64,000 nucleotides of DNA from Mobula hypostoma. Taxonomy: Eukaryota. Location of the stretch: positions 201,998,001-202,062,000 of the forward strand of contig NC_086097.1 in assembly GCF_963921235.1 (NCBI RefSeq). Direction: 5' to 3'. Of this stretch, positions 37,338 to 49,756 are shown piece after piece. A program made the position numbers and the translations under genes. Under the pieces are notes generated by a model that saw only the letters and a list, made by a program, of their open reading frames with translations, did not search any database and was not told where the DNA came from. Numbering within the stretch: position 1 is the stretch's first letter; the number at the start of each line of letters is the position of its first letter.

Positions 37338-38155
37338 GAGTGGATTTCAGTTCATTGGGATGCATCAGGAGCTGTATATTTTGCCCCAATTATTCAGCTA
37401 CCACAATTGGCCAAAGTTTCATGGAAATAGCTAAAAACACATTAAAAAGACAAATTACAGTTTAACTGAGTGACAAATGATGTATTTAAATTAAGCACCG
37501 AACAAATTAGAAAATTAATAATACAACTACAGTACAATAAAACTGTAGTTCCTAATAGTTATCAATGGAGGAATTCATCTAGTGTACGCTGCCATGTTCT
37601 TTGATTGATTGTAAGTTAATGAAATCAGCGCAGACGCCCCATGCCAATATGGACTGCTTTCATAGAACGCTTTCGACGACTGTATCCTCCAAATTTTTAT
37701 TTTAATATTCATGATGATTGTCAATATCTTCATATTCTTTGTAGTTCCTAACTTGTTGAAGTAGTGAAATCACTTCATTTTTGAGCTCAGCTGTTTATGC
37801 ATTTCAAAGCTTAAATGCTTGGAACTGCAGTGAACAAAATAGTTGCAAATTGCCTTAGTGCTTACTTCTTCCCAACTATCAATGACAAAACTCACTACTT
37901 TTTGAACACAGACACAAGCAACTGATGCTATTTAAAAAAATGTTCACTCTAAGCACGGTGTAATGTTTAATGGCCACATAATTATACACAACTGATGCTA
38001 GTTAGAAACTTCGGCAACAGTCTCTGCCTAAATGTTCCAATTAAATGGTATAGTGTCCAAAATAAATGAAGGAAATTCTGACTATTTTCTCATTAATTTT
38101 TGTTCTTTAAGAATTGGCTCAAATAAGCAGCTGCCCAATTAACTGGAATCCACTG
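37338..38155. mobile_element. Tigger/pogo-like non-autonomous DNA transposon (818 bp)
   Basis: Imperfect TIRs GAGTGGATTTCAGTTCATTGGG / CCCAATTAACTGGAATCCACTG, with TA on both sides. Confidence 0.85.
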
Positions 38156-38324
38156 TATTCATGAAAAGTAGTGTTTATATATACACAAGTATAAACACCT
38201 GATGTTTGCAAGCATTTCCTTGTTCCCATTTCTAACATTAATGACTAGCTCTTTAAATTATAGCAAGTATGTTTAAATTTATTATAAGCAAGCAACACTC
38301 AGAAGGAAACTATCCAATTATTGA

Positions 38325-39140
38325 TAATGAGGAAGATGATCATGGGCTACAGAATGACCAGTTGGTAAAATAGGAGCAATGGCTGATGGAATTTAATCTC
38401 AAAAAGTGAGAAGTGATGTTATTTAAGAGCAGTAATAACAGTAGAACTTATACAATGGGCAGGAGTATGAGGAACAGAGAGACCTTTTCCACTTGTGTTG
38501 CTGCCTTCAAAATTTCTGCAGGTGGTAGTATAAGTAGAAAAGATATAAAGAAGACAGCCATAATAATAAAAGCAGGACGCTTAATAAAACTTTGGTTAGG
38601 CTACAGATGTAGTACTGTGCACAGTTCTGGTTACCACATTGCAGGAAGGACACGATTACATTTGAATACTGTGTGCAGTATTCCTCTGGAGAAAGTGAAG
38701 GGATGGTTCGGCAGGATGTTGACTACGATGAAGTATTACATTTAGGAGGAGAGGCACTGGCTACACTAGGTTTGTTTGGCTTGGAGCAGAGGAGGCCAAG
38801 AGAGACCTATTAGAGGTAATAAAATTATGAAGGGCATAAATCGTAGAAAGATTTTCCCCATAGCAAAGATATCTAAAACCAGAGAGGGTAGGCTTAAGAT
38901 AAGGTGTAGGAGGTTTAGAAGGGATCCGAAAAATAGCTTTTTCACCCACAGAAATCTGGAACACCCTGCCTTAATGGGTTCTGAAGGCACGAGGCACAGG
39001 GTAAGCAGTATCTAGATGAGGACAGAAGTCAATGGACAAAGTGCTGGTAACTGGGATTAGTACAGATTTGCACTTGATGGTCGGCTTGGACAAGGGCAAT
39101 TTAAGGTCCATTTCCGAGTTGTATTATTCCATGACTCTGA
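38325..39140 (+). mobile_element. Old CR1 3' region
   Basis: Degenerate MEFN..KxEV, KTLVRLQM.YC and KIMKGINR motifs. Confidence 0.7.
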
Positions 39141-39249
39141 CTCAAATTTATGCATTTGAAATAATAATAACATTCATCCAAAAAATCTATACTGCAGACA
39201 AACACTTTCTTTTGTTATGCATATGTTTTCTCTTTAAAAAGTACAGTAC

Positions 39250-39362
39250 CTCATCTTGGTGAGAACTTAGTAACTGCAGTTTCATGTGCTTCATGTAGGC
39301 CATTGTAATAGGCATATTATAATCTATCATGCTGGTCACCAAAGATGCTGGTTTTTCATTTT
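39250..39362 (-). CDS. NOL4: NOL4 internal coding exon (113 nt; probably equivalent to human exon 4)
   Basis: Splice sites are ...ttccttatttttgcAG|AA AAT GAA...GAT GAG|GTactg. The peptide (E)NEKPASLVTSMIDYNMPITMAYMKHMKLQLLSSHQDE lies inside ORF 39187-39474. Its phase-1 start joins the upstream exon. MAYMKHMKLQLL favours NOL4 over NOL4L. Confidence 0.95.
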
Positions 39363-39669
39363 CTGCAAAAATAAGGAAAAATGAATTCATACACATGATG
39401 CCAAGTTCAGGCTGATTTTTAAAAAGTAAATACAACAATGATGACAGCAATGTGACAGAGTTCAAAAGAAGCAAGTGGGGGCAGTCAGGACATTCTGCTT
39501 GTCAGTTTCCCAGGAGATGGTGGATTGCACAGTGGAAGAGAGAGAGTTCAAAAGAAACAAGCGGGGACAGTTGGGAAATTCTGCACACAACAGTTCCTGA
39601 GGACACTTTGGATTGTGCACAACTGAGCACTTGACAAGGGTTAATAAAAAGAAATTAGATTTAAGCAGA

Positions 39670-41440
39670 ATAGGCATTGTGCAAGTTGGCCAGTGTTAGA
39701 GTGGCAAGCTCTGGCTTAGAGGCTTCAGCAAGGAGAGGTGAAGGATTCAGGTAGATTTTTGATGTTTATTTTTTCTTTCTTTCTTTCTTTTGCACAGTTA
39801 GAGAAGTTGGGATGCCAGGCAGGATAGTGGAATGCTCCTTTTGCGGGATGTAGGAAGGCAGGGCGATCTCAAGTGTCCAGTTGCAGCTTCTGTCAGACCA
39901 TGTCAAGCAATTGATGCTGGAAATGGATGAACTCTGGATCATTCAAATTACAGTATTGCTTCGCACTGTTGAAACTATATGTTATAATTATGTGGTTTTT
40001 GTCAAGTTTTTTTCAGTCTTGGTTTGTCTTGTGTTTCTGTGATATCATTCTGGAGGAACAAATTGTATCATTTCTTAATGCATGCATTACTAAATGACAA
40101 TAAAAGAGGACTGTGTGTCCCCATAATCTAATCTAATTCGGAAGGTTGATCAACAGGACATACGAGGAGGTAGTTACACCCAAGGTGCAGGACACGGTTA
40201 ACTGGGTGAGTCTCCAGCATTGAGTCTGGCTCTATGGCTCAAAATGGAAGGAGGGAGAAGAGGCAAGCTGTAGTGATAGGGATTCATTGATCGGGGAACA
40301 AACAGGAGGTTCTGTGGATGAGAATAAAATGCTCAGATAGTATATTGCCTCCAAGGTGCCAGGGTCAGGGATATCTCAGATCAAGTCCAGAACAAGTGCG
40401 TGGGTGAGCAGTCAGAGGTCATGGTCCACATCCATATCAATCACATGGGAAGGAACAGTGACAAGTGTAGCGAGTTAGGTACTAAGTTAAAGGACAGGAC
40501 CTCCAGGATGTGATCACATACTAGTGAGGCCAGAAATAAAAAGATCATATAGTTTGACACATGGCTAAGGAGATGGTACAGGAGGAAGGGCTTCAGATTT
40601 ATTGATCATTGAGCTCTCTTTCAAGAAAGGTAAGACCTGTACAGAAGGGAGAGTCACACCTGAACTGGAGGTAGACTGATATCCTTGCTAGTGCTGCATG
40701 GTTGGGGTGGGGAGGGGGTGAAATTTCAACTAGAGCTACAGGGGATGACAACCAGAGTGCCAGAGCAGGTAGTGAAGTGGTTGTTGGGAGAAAAAGTTGT
40801 AAGCCTACATAGAAAATCAGGAATTGAAAGGTTTTGCATGGTGGGACTCATGCTCTGAGCTGTGTTTACTAAAAGGAATATTGTCAGAAAGGCAGATGAG
40901 AATTTTGAGTTCAAGAGTTGGGATGTTATGTTGAAATTGTTTAAGACATTGGTGAGGCCTAATTTGGAATGTTGTATGCAGTTTTGGTCATCTACCTAGA
41001 AGAAAGATGTCTATAAGATTGAAAGAATGTAAAGAAAATTTACAAGGATGGTGCCAGAACTTGAGGCCCCGAGTAAAAGGGAAAAGTGGAATAGGTTAGG
41101 ACTTTATTCTCAAAAAGTGTGGAAGAATGAGGGAAGATTTGATAGGGGTATACAAAATTATGTGGGGTATGGATAGGGTAAATGCAAGCAGGCTTTTTCC
41201 ACTGTGGTTGGATGACACGACTAGAGGCCATAGGTTAAAGGGGAAAGGTGAAAGGTGAAATATTTAAGGGGCACATGAAGGGGAATTTCTTCACTTAGAG
41301 GGTGGTGAGAATGTGAACGGGCTGCGAGCCAAATTGGTGGATGTAGGTCCAATTTTAATATTTAAAAGAAACTTGAATAGGTAGATGGATGGGAGGGGTA
41401 TGGAGTACTATGGTCTGGGTGCAGGTCGATGGGACTAGGT
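39670..41440 (+). mobile_element. CR1 with ORF1 remnant and a large internal ORF2 deletion; small retro-insertion at ~39945-40135
   Basis: ORF1 remnants VIGDSL and YCLQGARVRDI. The sequence jumps at ~40900 from the EN start to the 3' RT-end region (KTLVRPNLE). Confidence 0.8.
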
Positions 41441-41994
41441 AGATGAATCACAAAGATTCATCTTCCAGGTCCACATCTAGGTGTGCAGCTGTTCTTTTAC
41501 CCCATACCCCACCACTCAACACCTCTGCATCTTTGTATATCTTGTTTCACCAATTGCAACAGTGTCTTCAGCATTCTATTTCACTCACTAAACCCACCTT
41601 TAAGACTCTAAATCAACTTTCTCCTAGTTTTTGGTAACCATGAGTGCTAGACCAGTTAAAGCCTATGTTCCTCATTGGCCGTAAAATTATTGTAAAAACT
41701 GACAAGTTTTGGATTGGTGATGCAGGCAAACTATGGAACAGAGATGACCATGTCTGACAAGTGGAAGAAGCAGAAAATGAGAAATATAACAAATATGGTG
41801 AATAGAAGATCATCTCAGCAATCACTCGTAGTTGAGTATGATTCTTCTCCTGGTGGTTGATCTGGTTATTTGTAGGTCTTGCGTTGACTGAAGGGGCTGA
41901 TCCATGATCCACAAGTCCTATTGCAGTGTTGGCAGGTGGAGGTCATTGAACTGGTGCTGGATATAGCTGCTTAGTCCTTTCCCAGTCTCTCCTT

Positions 41995-42494
41995 ATAACC
42001 ATATAACCATATATAACCATATAACAATTACAGCACGGAAACAGGCCATCTCGGCCCTTCTAGTCCGTGCCGAACTCTTACTCCCACCTAGTCCCACTGA
42101 CCTGCACTCAGCCCATAACCCTCCATTCCTTTCCTGTCCATATAGTTGTCCAATTTAACTTTAAACGACAACATCGAACCTGCCTCAACCACTTCTGCTG
42201 GAAGCTCGTTCCACACAGCTACCACTCTCTGAGTAAAGAAGTTCCCCCTCATGTTAGCCCTAAACTTTTGCCCTTTAACTCTCAACTCATGTCCTCTTGT
42301 TTGAATCTCCCCCACTCTCAATGGAAAAAGCCTATCCACGTCAACTCTATCTGTCCCCCTCAGAATTTTAAATACCTCTATCAAGTCCCCCCTCAACCTT
42401 CTACGTTCCAAAGAATAAAGATCCAACTTGTTCAACCTTTCCCTGTAACTTAGGTGATGAAACCCAGGTAACATTCTAGTAAATCTTCTCTGTG
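41995..42494 (-). mobile_element. Young CR1 3' end
   Basis: Uninterrupted ORF 42088-42474 and a (TATGGTTA)n tail. Near-identical to ~60220-60697. Confidence 0.92.
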
Positions 42495-44510
42495 TTGAGG
42501 CTGCTTATGTTGAGGGTGCTTCGTCTCAGCAGCGCGGCAGAGGTATCCTTCAAGCTATGCAGTCCGCTCATAGGCAGTCCTTCCCCAGCTTTTCCTATCC
42601 TGTGCAAATTTCTCCCAACCATTCAGATTGATGTGGCACTTCCTTAGATGGGTCTTGATATTGTCCTTGAATCACTTTTTCTGCCCTCCAGGAGTGCGCT
42701 CTGCATCCTTGAGTTAGCTAAACAGGAGATGTTTAGGGAGGTGGGAGTCAGGCATACGGATGATGTGGCTGACCCATCGCAATTGGTGTTGAGTCATGAT
42801 TGTGGCTATGGAGTTAATGTTAACTTCCTCCATAATACTGGAGTGAGTAAGCCTATTCTTCCAGCTAACTCTCAGAATCTTTCAGAGGCATCTTTGATGG
42901 TAAGTTTCCAGGGATTTTGTGTGCCTGTGATACGTTGTCCATGATTCCGCTTCACATAGCAAAGAGGGGAGGACTATAGCTTAGTAGACCGGAAGCTTAG
43001 TGTTGATCTTGATATTCCAATCTTCAAAATCCCTCTTTCTCAGCCCAGCAAAAGCTCCACTCACATAGCCTATTCTGTGTATTATTCCAAGGACAATGTT
43101 GGCTCTTGAAGAAAGAAGACTGCCAAGATATGGGAAATCATCAGTGGAATGTTGTCAACTTTGATGCTTGGAGATTTAGGAGCCTGATCTGGATTAGGTT
43201 GGTGCAGGACTTGGATTTTCTTGATGTTTAGATTAAGTCCCAGGAGTTTGTATGCTCTGGCAAAAGCATCGATTATGCGCTGCAGATCCTCCTCAGAGTG
43301 AGCTATGAAGGCACGTCATCTGCATTTTGGAGCTCCATGATGGAAGCCTTACCCTTTGCCTTGAACCTGTTAAGGTTAAAGAGGCCCCTATCTGTCCTAT
43401 AGAGAATCTAGACTTCTTGTGGAAGATCTTGGCCTGTAAGATAAAGAATGGTGGTGATGAAAACGGCAAACAGAGTTGGGGCAATGATGCACCCCTGTTT
43501 GACCCCGGTCTCAACCTTAAAAGGTGCTGTTTCAGAGCTACTGTTGCTAATGACTCTTGCACCATATCATTGTGTAAGAGTTGCAGGATCTTAAGGTATT
43601 TATACAGGCACCCAACTTTGGACAGTACCTGCCAAAGGGCAGGATGATTTACAGAGTCAAGACGTTTTTGTAAGGTCTATAAAAGGACATAAGAAATGGG
43701 AGATGTAATTCAGGGGCTTTCTCCTGCAATTGACACGTTGTAAAAATCATGTCAGATGTTCCTCTGCTGGACAGAAGCCACAAGGAGACTCAAGCAGGAG
43801 CTTTTTGCATTCTCACATAAAATTTGGGTCAGTACCTTTCCTGTTGTAGAGAGGAGGGAGATGCCTTTATAGTTTCTGTCATCAGCTTTTTCACCCTTTT
43901 TGAAGTGCGTGACAATCAGGGTGTCCCTGAGTTCAGCTGGAATCTTCTCCTGGTCCCAAATCTTGACAAGCAGGTTCTGTGCCACCTTCCTTGAGGATTT
44001 CTGCTGGAATTCCATCAGGCCCAGTGGCCTTGTTGTTCCTTAATTTCTTGCAAGCCACCGGCACCTCTTTGATACAAGGAGACGTACTCATGTCCTCCTT
44101 CACGGGTTGTGGTGGGAACTGGTTGATGACTTCAATGTCAACAGTGGTGCTATGTTTAAGTTGCTCCTAAAAGTGTTCCTTCCATTGAGAACTGATGGAA
44201 TCATTGTCCTTTACCAGCCTTTGTCCATTTTTGGAGTGAAGGGGGTTTAGGCCACGATGATTTGGGCCATACACTGCCTTGATATCCCTGATATCACCAG
44301 AGTCAGCAAGCTGCTGTATTTCTGGGGCCCTCTCAGTCCACCACTGATTTTTTATTTCCCTTGCTCAATGCTGGACTACGGCCTTATCTTTGGAGTGGGC
44401 CTCTCTTTTTGCCTTGCAGTTGATGTCCTTCTGCCAAGCACGGAAAGCTTTCCTATTGTTGTTGATTGGCCCTTCTATTTCATTGTCATCATCAAAGCGA
44501 CCAGAAGCAT
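42495..44510 (-). mobile_element. RTE-clade (BovB-like) LINE, degenerate RT
   Basis: Contains KIPAELRDTLIVTHFKKGEKADDRNYKGISLLSTTGK (ORF 43752), GVKQGCIIAPTLF, ADD and FPYLGS remnants. Confidence 0.85.
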
Positions 44511-44624
44511 GTCTCTAAAATAGTTAATCACAGGCTAGATCACCAGAAGTGGCTACCGACCCAATGTAATGAATGACTGACATTATAATGTTGACAAGAA
44601 AGCTTTCAGAAGCAATAATCCACA

Positions 44625-45650
44625 TTGAAATTAGCTTGGAATTTGTTTTGGGTAAATTGTGTTTGACTAACTTAAATGAGGTTTTAAAAAGAATGGGGAA
44701 GATTGACAGGGAAATGTGACTGATGTTTGTACACAGTCTTCCAAATTGGATTGAAAATTTAGCACATTAAGTCTGTTAACAAAATTGAAACAAATGCAAT
44801 AAATGGGACTGAAATCTGAGAATGATGGTGAACAATTACTTGTAAACTAATTTAAAACTAAAGTGGGTACCACTACAGACTATTGGATAATGTTATATTC
44901 CTTTACACCTTAGAAGAAGAAACAAAGAATTAGCTTCTTTTAGAAGGTGGGAGAATAGGAAATATTACTGCTCAATAGACCTAGGTTTCCATGCAAAGAA
45001 GTCACTGAAAGCCAACTAGCAGGTACAGCAAGCAATACAGATAAGGGATGCAAAATTTACCTTTATTGCAACAGGATTTAAATTAAATAAAGGAGATGAC
45101 TTGTTATACTTAGAAGGCATACATGTGGTTAAACTGCATGTATTGTGCACAATCTTGTTCATCTTACTTAAAGAAAGATGCATTTGTTATAGAGGATATG
45201 CAGAGAACTTTCACCAGACTAGTTTCTGGAATTGCAGGTCATACAAAGAAACATAATGCATACTAAGCATCCAGTTTAGGAGAAAGAGAAATGAACTCTT
45301 TGAGATTTATAGAGGACTTGACAAGGTAGATATAGATTGAAGACCTGCTTCTTCTGAAAGGGAGTTTAAAACTATGAGTAGTCTGAAAATAAGGGGAAGA
45401 TTATTTATGACTGAATTGAAGAGATTTAGTTTCATTTGTGGGGCGGGGGGGTGGTAATCTTTGGAATTGTATGCCTTAGGATGCTGTGAAGGCCAAGTCT
45501 TTAATTCCATTCCAAACAATGACTTGACGGAATAAGGGAAGAGGGGAGGAAAATTGTGTCAAGGGAGAAATCAGTGAAGCTCTTTTTGAATGGCAGAGAA
45601 GGTTCAAATTGCTAAATGGCCTACTCCTGCTCCTTGTTTGTGTTCTTATG
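44625..45650 (+). mobile_element. Very old CR1 remnant
   Basis: Degenerate GKLCLTNL and YCAQSC..NFTRLV motifs, and a 3' end reading cctactcctgctcc. Confidence 0.55.
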
Positions 45651-45667
45651 AACAAAGCTCCCTCCAG

Positions 45668-46520
45668 GTGATTTCAAAGTTCTTAGTAAATTTATTCTTG
45701 AAGTTCATACTGTATATGTCCATATTCTACCTTATGATTCATTTTCTTGTAGGCATTCACAATAGAACAGAGAAATAAAATAGAATTAGTGAAAAACTAC
45801 ACACAATGACTGACAAGTGACCAATGTGCGAAAAAAGACAGACTGTGCAGAAATAAATAAATGCATACATAAATAATACTGAGGACATGAGTTTTAGTAT
45901 CCTTGAAAGTGAGTCCATAAGTTGTGGAATCCACTCACAGTTGAAGTTATCCACTCTGGTTCAGGGGCTTGATGGTTGAAAGGTAATAACTGTTTCTAAA
46001 CCTAGTGTTTTGGGACCCAAGGCTCCAGTACCTCCTTCCCAAGGGAACAGTGAGAAGAGAGCATAGCCTGGACAATGGGGGTCCTCGATGATGGATGCTG
46101 CTTTCTTGTGGCAGCACTCCTTGTAGATGTGCTCAATGGTGTGGAGGGCTTTGCCTGTGATTGACTGTGCTACGTCCACCACTATTGAAGGTTTTCTTGT
46201 TCATGGGCATTGGTGTTTCCATACCAGTCCCTGATGCAACTAGTCAGGATATTCTCCACTGTGTACCTATAGGAGTTTGTCAAAGTTTTAGATGACATGC
46301 CAAATCTGCATAAAGCTCGAAGACAGTAGAGGTATAGTTGTGCCTGCTTTGTGATGATGGTCCCAGGACAGATCCTCTGATACGAGAACACCAAGGAACT
46401 TAAAGTTACCAACCATCTCCAATCCCCGAATGAGGACCAGTTCATGGATCTCTGGTTTCTTCCTCTGAGAGTTAATAATCAGCTCTTTGGTTTAGCTGAT
46501 GTTGAGTGAGTATGTTTGTT
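45668..46520 (-). mobile_element. Rex1/Babar 3' region
   Basis: ORFs 46182-46445 and 45961-46182 (TNSYRYTVENILTSCIRDWYG, KAASIIEDP), followed by the 3'UTR. Confidence 0.85.
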
Positions 46521-46539
46521 CATCAGGAAACTGAGTTTC

Positions 46540-47920
46540 ACAGAACGGGAGTGCAAAAACGCACACTTGCAAATGGTTAGTTAATAGCTGATTGGCTAAT
46601 TTAGCTGACCAACAGCAGCCAATGAAATGAGTCTCGAGTCAAGCAGAGTGGCTATCCTGGAGTGGCCCAGTGTGGAGCTGATACTTTGGCTCAAGGGGAG
46701 TGGGCCATTGTTGGGGATGGGAAACTGAGGCTTTGGTGTGAAGAGACAGAGTAAATGGATGAGGTGTTGGGGTATGAACAACTCTATAAAAACAAAGGCT
46801 TCAAGTGAGAAAGCACTGATAAGAACAGGTATGTTTTATTTTGTTGATCCTTAGTTCTTAATTCAAATTAGGCAGAATCAAAATAAAAGTCATGATCAAA
46901 GTACTGTACGTATATGTACTATACTACTTTGAGATTTATTTTCTTGCCGTTCCTGAGCATTGGTGTTTCCATACCAGGCCATGATTGAGACACTCTCCAC
47001 TGTGCCTCTATAATAGTTTGTCAAAGTTTTTGGTAATTATCCGGAATGCTGAGGAAATCATACATAGGAGTTTTAATGAGGTGATCACAGGCAAAGTATA
47101 GGCTTCAGATGATGCGTGACTATCTAGAGAATTAAGGCCAGTAGGCAGTCAGTGCAAGATTTCCCTCATGCAGAGGTGTACATCCCTGGATACTATTGAG
47201 GGGGCTAAAGGCAGCAGTAGTCAGGTCACTTACACTGTGACTGGCTCAGAGGGAAAGGATACAGTCAAATAATGATAAACCACAGAGAGGCAGCAGACTA
47301 GAAAATTCTGTGGCTGTAAAAGAGATGCCAGACCAAGAATGTCTGAGTGACTACAGAAAATTCTTCATGATGGGAGATGGGGGCGGTGGTAAACAGATGG
47401 AGACTGTACAAATGTACTGGAGATTGTAAAACTTAGTGCAAATGATATAGACAGAACAAGCACTGAGGTCCTGCAGACTGAGTACAGAGAATAAGTAAGA
47501 AACAAAATACAGGGTAGTAAACTCCAGTTATCTCCTGGTGCCACGTGTGAGTGAGTCTAGGAATAGAAAGATAGGCCAGATGAATGCTTGACTGAAGAGC
47601 TGAGGAGGGATTAATAAAGAGAGGATGATAGTTGTTGGTTGATTCACCACCTAGAAGCCTGTGAGTAGTAGGTGCTCCAGGATTGAGTGTCGGGGCCTTT
47701 GTTAATTATTATTTATGTATCTGATTGGATGTGAATACACATTGTACAATTAGCAAGCATGCTGATGATACTAAATTAGGTGGTTTTGTTGATAGCAAAA
47801 AAGGTTACAATGAATTGCAAAGAGATCTTGATCAGTTGGGTAGATGACCAAAAGAATTGCATATGGTTCTCAACTTAATTGAGTGTAAGGTGATACACTT
47901 CGGACATTCAAACCAGGGTT
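46540..47920 (+). mobile_element. Heavily deleted CR1 remnant containing a short minus-strand Rex1 piece (~46875-47045)
   Basis: 5'UTR-like block, ORF1 remnants, and a [11 protein letters not shown] motif at ~47755-47785. Confidence 0.55.
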
Positions 47921-47924
47921 GTAG

Positions 47925-48100
47925 TAGTAATAATAATAATATTATTTTATTTATAGAGCACTTTTCATACAGACAATGTAGTCCAAAGTTCTTTACAATG
48001 GGATAAAGTGCAAACATGAAAATAAAAAAAAACAAAAATAAACATGAAAATAAAAGACAAAAAGATGTTAGTTAAAAGCATGTTAGCTAAGAACAGTTAA
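47925..48100 (-). mobile_element. L2-type LINE/SINE 3' end with a (TAA)n tail
   Basis: The sense strand ends ...gaaaagtgctctataaataaaataatattattatt. Confidence 0.55.
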
Positions 48101-48139
48101 ATAAGTCAAAAAAGGATCTAGTACTTTCCCTGTGTATAT

Positions 48140-48420
48140 GATGAGTTATTAAATTCAAACTTTCTGCATAATCACTCAAAGAGTTGAACTGCATGTGCAT
48201 GTAACGAGAGCTGTATAACTCATCTCCTTCTACCTTAGGCCACAAACTTATCAATCACCCCTACTGTGGACCACTTCTGGAGGTCTGGGATCCGTTTGCT
48301 CTACGACCGCTGGACTAAGTGTGTAAATGTAGGAGGGGACTATGCTGAAAAATAAATGTGCTAGGTTTTCTAAAATTGACTCTTTCTACCTTAGGCCACA
48401 AACTTATCAATCACCCCTCG
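48140..48420. mobile_element. Mariner-like element end with a duplicated terminal repeat
   Basis: Ends ...CTTATCAATCACCCCTCG|TA. An exact 35-bp direct repeat lies at 48228-48262 and 48384-48418. Confidence 0.7.
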
Positions 48421-48505
48421 TAATTTGTTTCCTCCATGGGAAAGATACCCCTGAGAGAAAATGCTGATTAAAGTTTCTTATTTATAATAATAGTAATTAT
48501 TATTA

Positions 48506-48823
48506 GTGTGGGCACATGGCCAAGTAGTTAAGGCATTGGACTAACGACCTGAAGGTCGTGAGTTCGAGCCCCAGTCGAGGGAACGTGTTGTGTCCTTGAG
48601 CAAGGCACTTAATTACACACTGCTCTGCAACGACACTGGTGCCAAGCTGTATGGGTCCGAATGCCCTTCCCTTGGACAACATTGGTGTTATGGAGAGGGA
48701 AGACTTGCAGCATGAGCAACTGCTGGTTTTCCATACAACCTTGCCCAGGCCTGCGCCCCGGAGAGTGAAGACTTTCCAGGCGCAGGTCCATGGTCTCACA
48801 AGACTAACGGATGCCTTTAAATC
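48506..48823 (+). mobile_element. tRNA-derived SINE with CORE-like centre
   Basis: A box TGGCCAAGTAGTTAAGG, B box GTTCGAGCCC, CORE-like GTGTCCTTGAGCAAGGCACTTAA. Candidate TSD ATTATTATTA is low complexity. Confidence 0.8.
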
Positions 48824-48833
48824 ATTATTATTA

Positions 48834-49005
48834 TTTGTATTTGTACAGATTGTCTTCTTTTATGTCAGATATTGTGTGTAGTTTTTCACTGATTCTATTG
48901 CACTACTTTGTTCTACTGTGAATGCCTGCAAGAAAATGAATCCCAAGGTAGTATATGGTGAGATATACTGTACAGACTTTAATAATAAATTTATTTTGAA
49001 CTTTA
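48834..49005 (+). mobile_element. Rex1-type 3'UTR remnant
   Basis: gtgaatgcctgcaagaaaatgaatc...ataaatttattttgaacttt, as seen at 31270-31360. Confidence 0.7.
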
Positions 49006-49644
49006 TTAAGTCCTTAAGCAATATTTACTGAAAATACATTCCCTAAGGTACATGCTTGCTCTTAGACCACAAAGATATTGAAGCAACTATGTGACAGATA
49101 ATGATAAGTCTACATCTATATGCACAGAACTGATGCACACGAACAATGCAAAAGAGGTATTGGAGATAAAGGTAAAAAAAAATCTATTTTCATAATTTTG
49201 GTGTTTATAAAGAAAGTGAATACCATTCTCATTTTGTTATATTTATGATGGAATTATTTCATATTTTAATTATCCAGCTTGTCATTTGACTTTCCAAAAT
49301 CAATGCTAACAAGATTTTAAAAGAATTGCACTTTCAATGATACTAATCCTTTCTATTTTAACCATTTTACTGTCTTACCTATTGTGCTACTGTCAAAATT
49401 CTAGTCTTTGACATGAAAGATTTCTGACTTTTAAAAATTAATTATCTAATACTAAATGCACAAATCAACATCCATACTAAGAAAACCTGATTGGTCAAAA
49501 TTAATGCGCTTTCCTATTTTAATCCAAACAAAAATCCATTAACCCAAACACCCTGAAGTGCTTCAACAAATCTACTTTTAAATTAATATTCACCATTTAT
49601 TTTTAAGGTTATTCCACATTGAATTAAATGCCAAAAAGTTTTAC

Positions 49645-49756
49645 CTTTATGATCTGCATCATCTAGGTTCAAATGCATTCTCTTCTGGCATTCTGAACAG
49701 CTCATTAGAAATCTGGTCACTGCCTCACGTGGTAAAAAGGCATAGGTCTCTGATAT
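49645..49756 (-). CDS. NOL4: NOL4 internal coding exon (112 nt; probably equivalent to human exon 3)
   Basis: The minus strand reads ...ttctgattaactttAG|ATA TCA GAG...CAT AAA G|GTaaaa and translates to ISETYAFLPREAVTRFLMSCSECQKRMHLNLDDADHK. This matches the NOL4 N-terminal region as I recall it. It starts in phase 0, ends in phase 1, and is not in the ORF track. Confidence 0.95.

Larger units (their letters stand above)
39363..49644 (-). other. NOL4: NOL4 intron (10,282 nt, GT-AG)
   Basis: It lies between the two phase-compatible exons, with GT at 49644-49643 and AG at 39364-39363. Confidence 0.9.

Noticed and set aside
1..39249. Next NOL4 exon (DESS..FDMSDS-like)
   Set aside because: A by-eye search of unique minus-strand stretches found no match; it is probably outside the window.
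39187..39474. Whole 95-aa ORF as a CDS
   Set aside because: Only 39250-39362 is bounded by splice sites and NOL4-like; the rest is intron.
41640..41990. Possible LTR-retrotransposon post-integrase fragment
   Set aside because: Only a vague resemblance, with no diagnostic motif.
48506..48585. tRNA gene
   Set aside because: It has A/B boxes but no convincing acceptor stem, and it continues into a SINE body.
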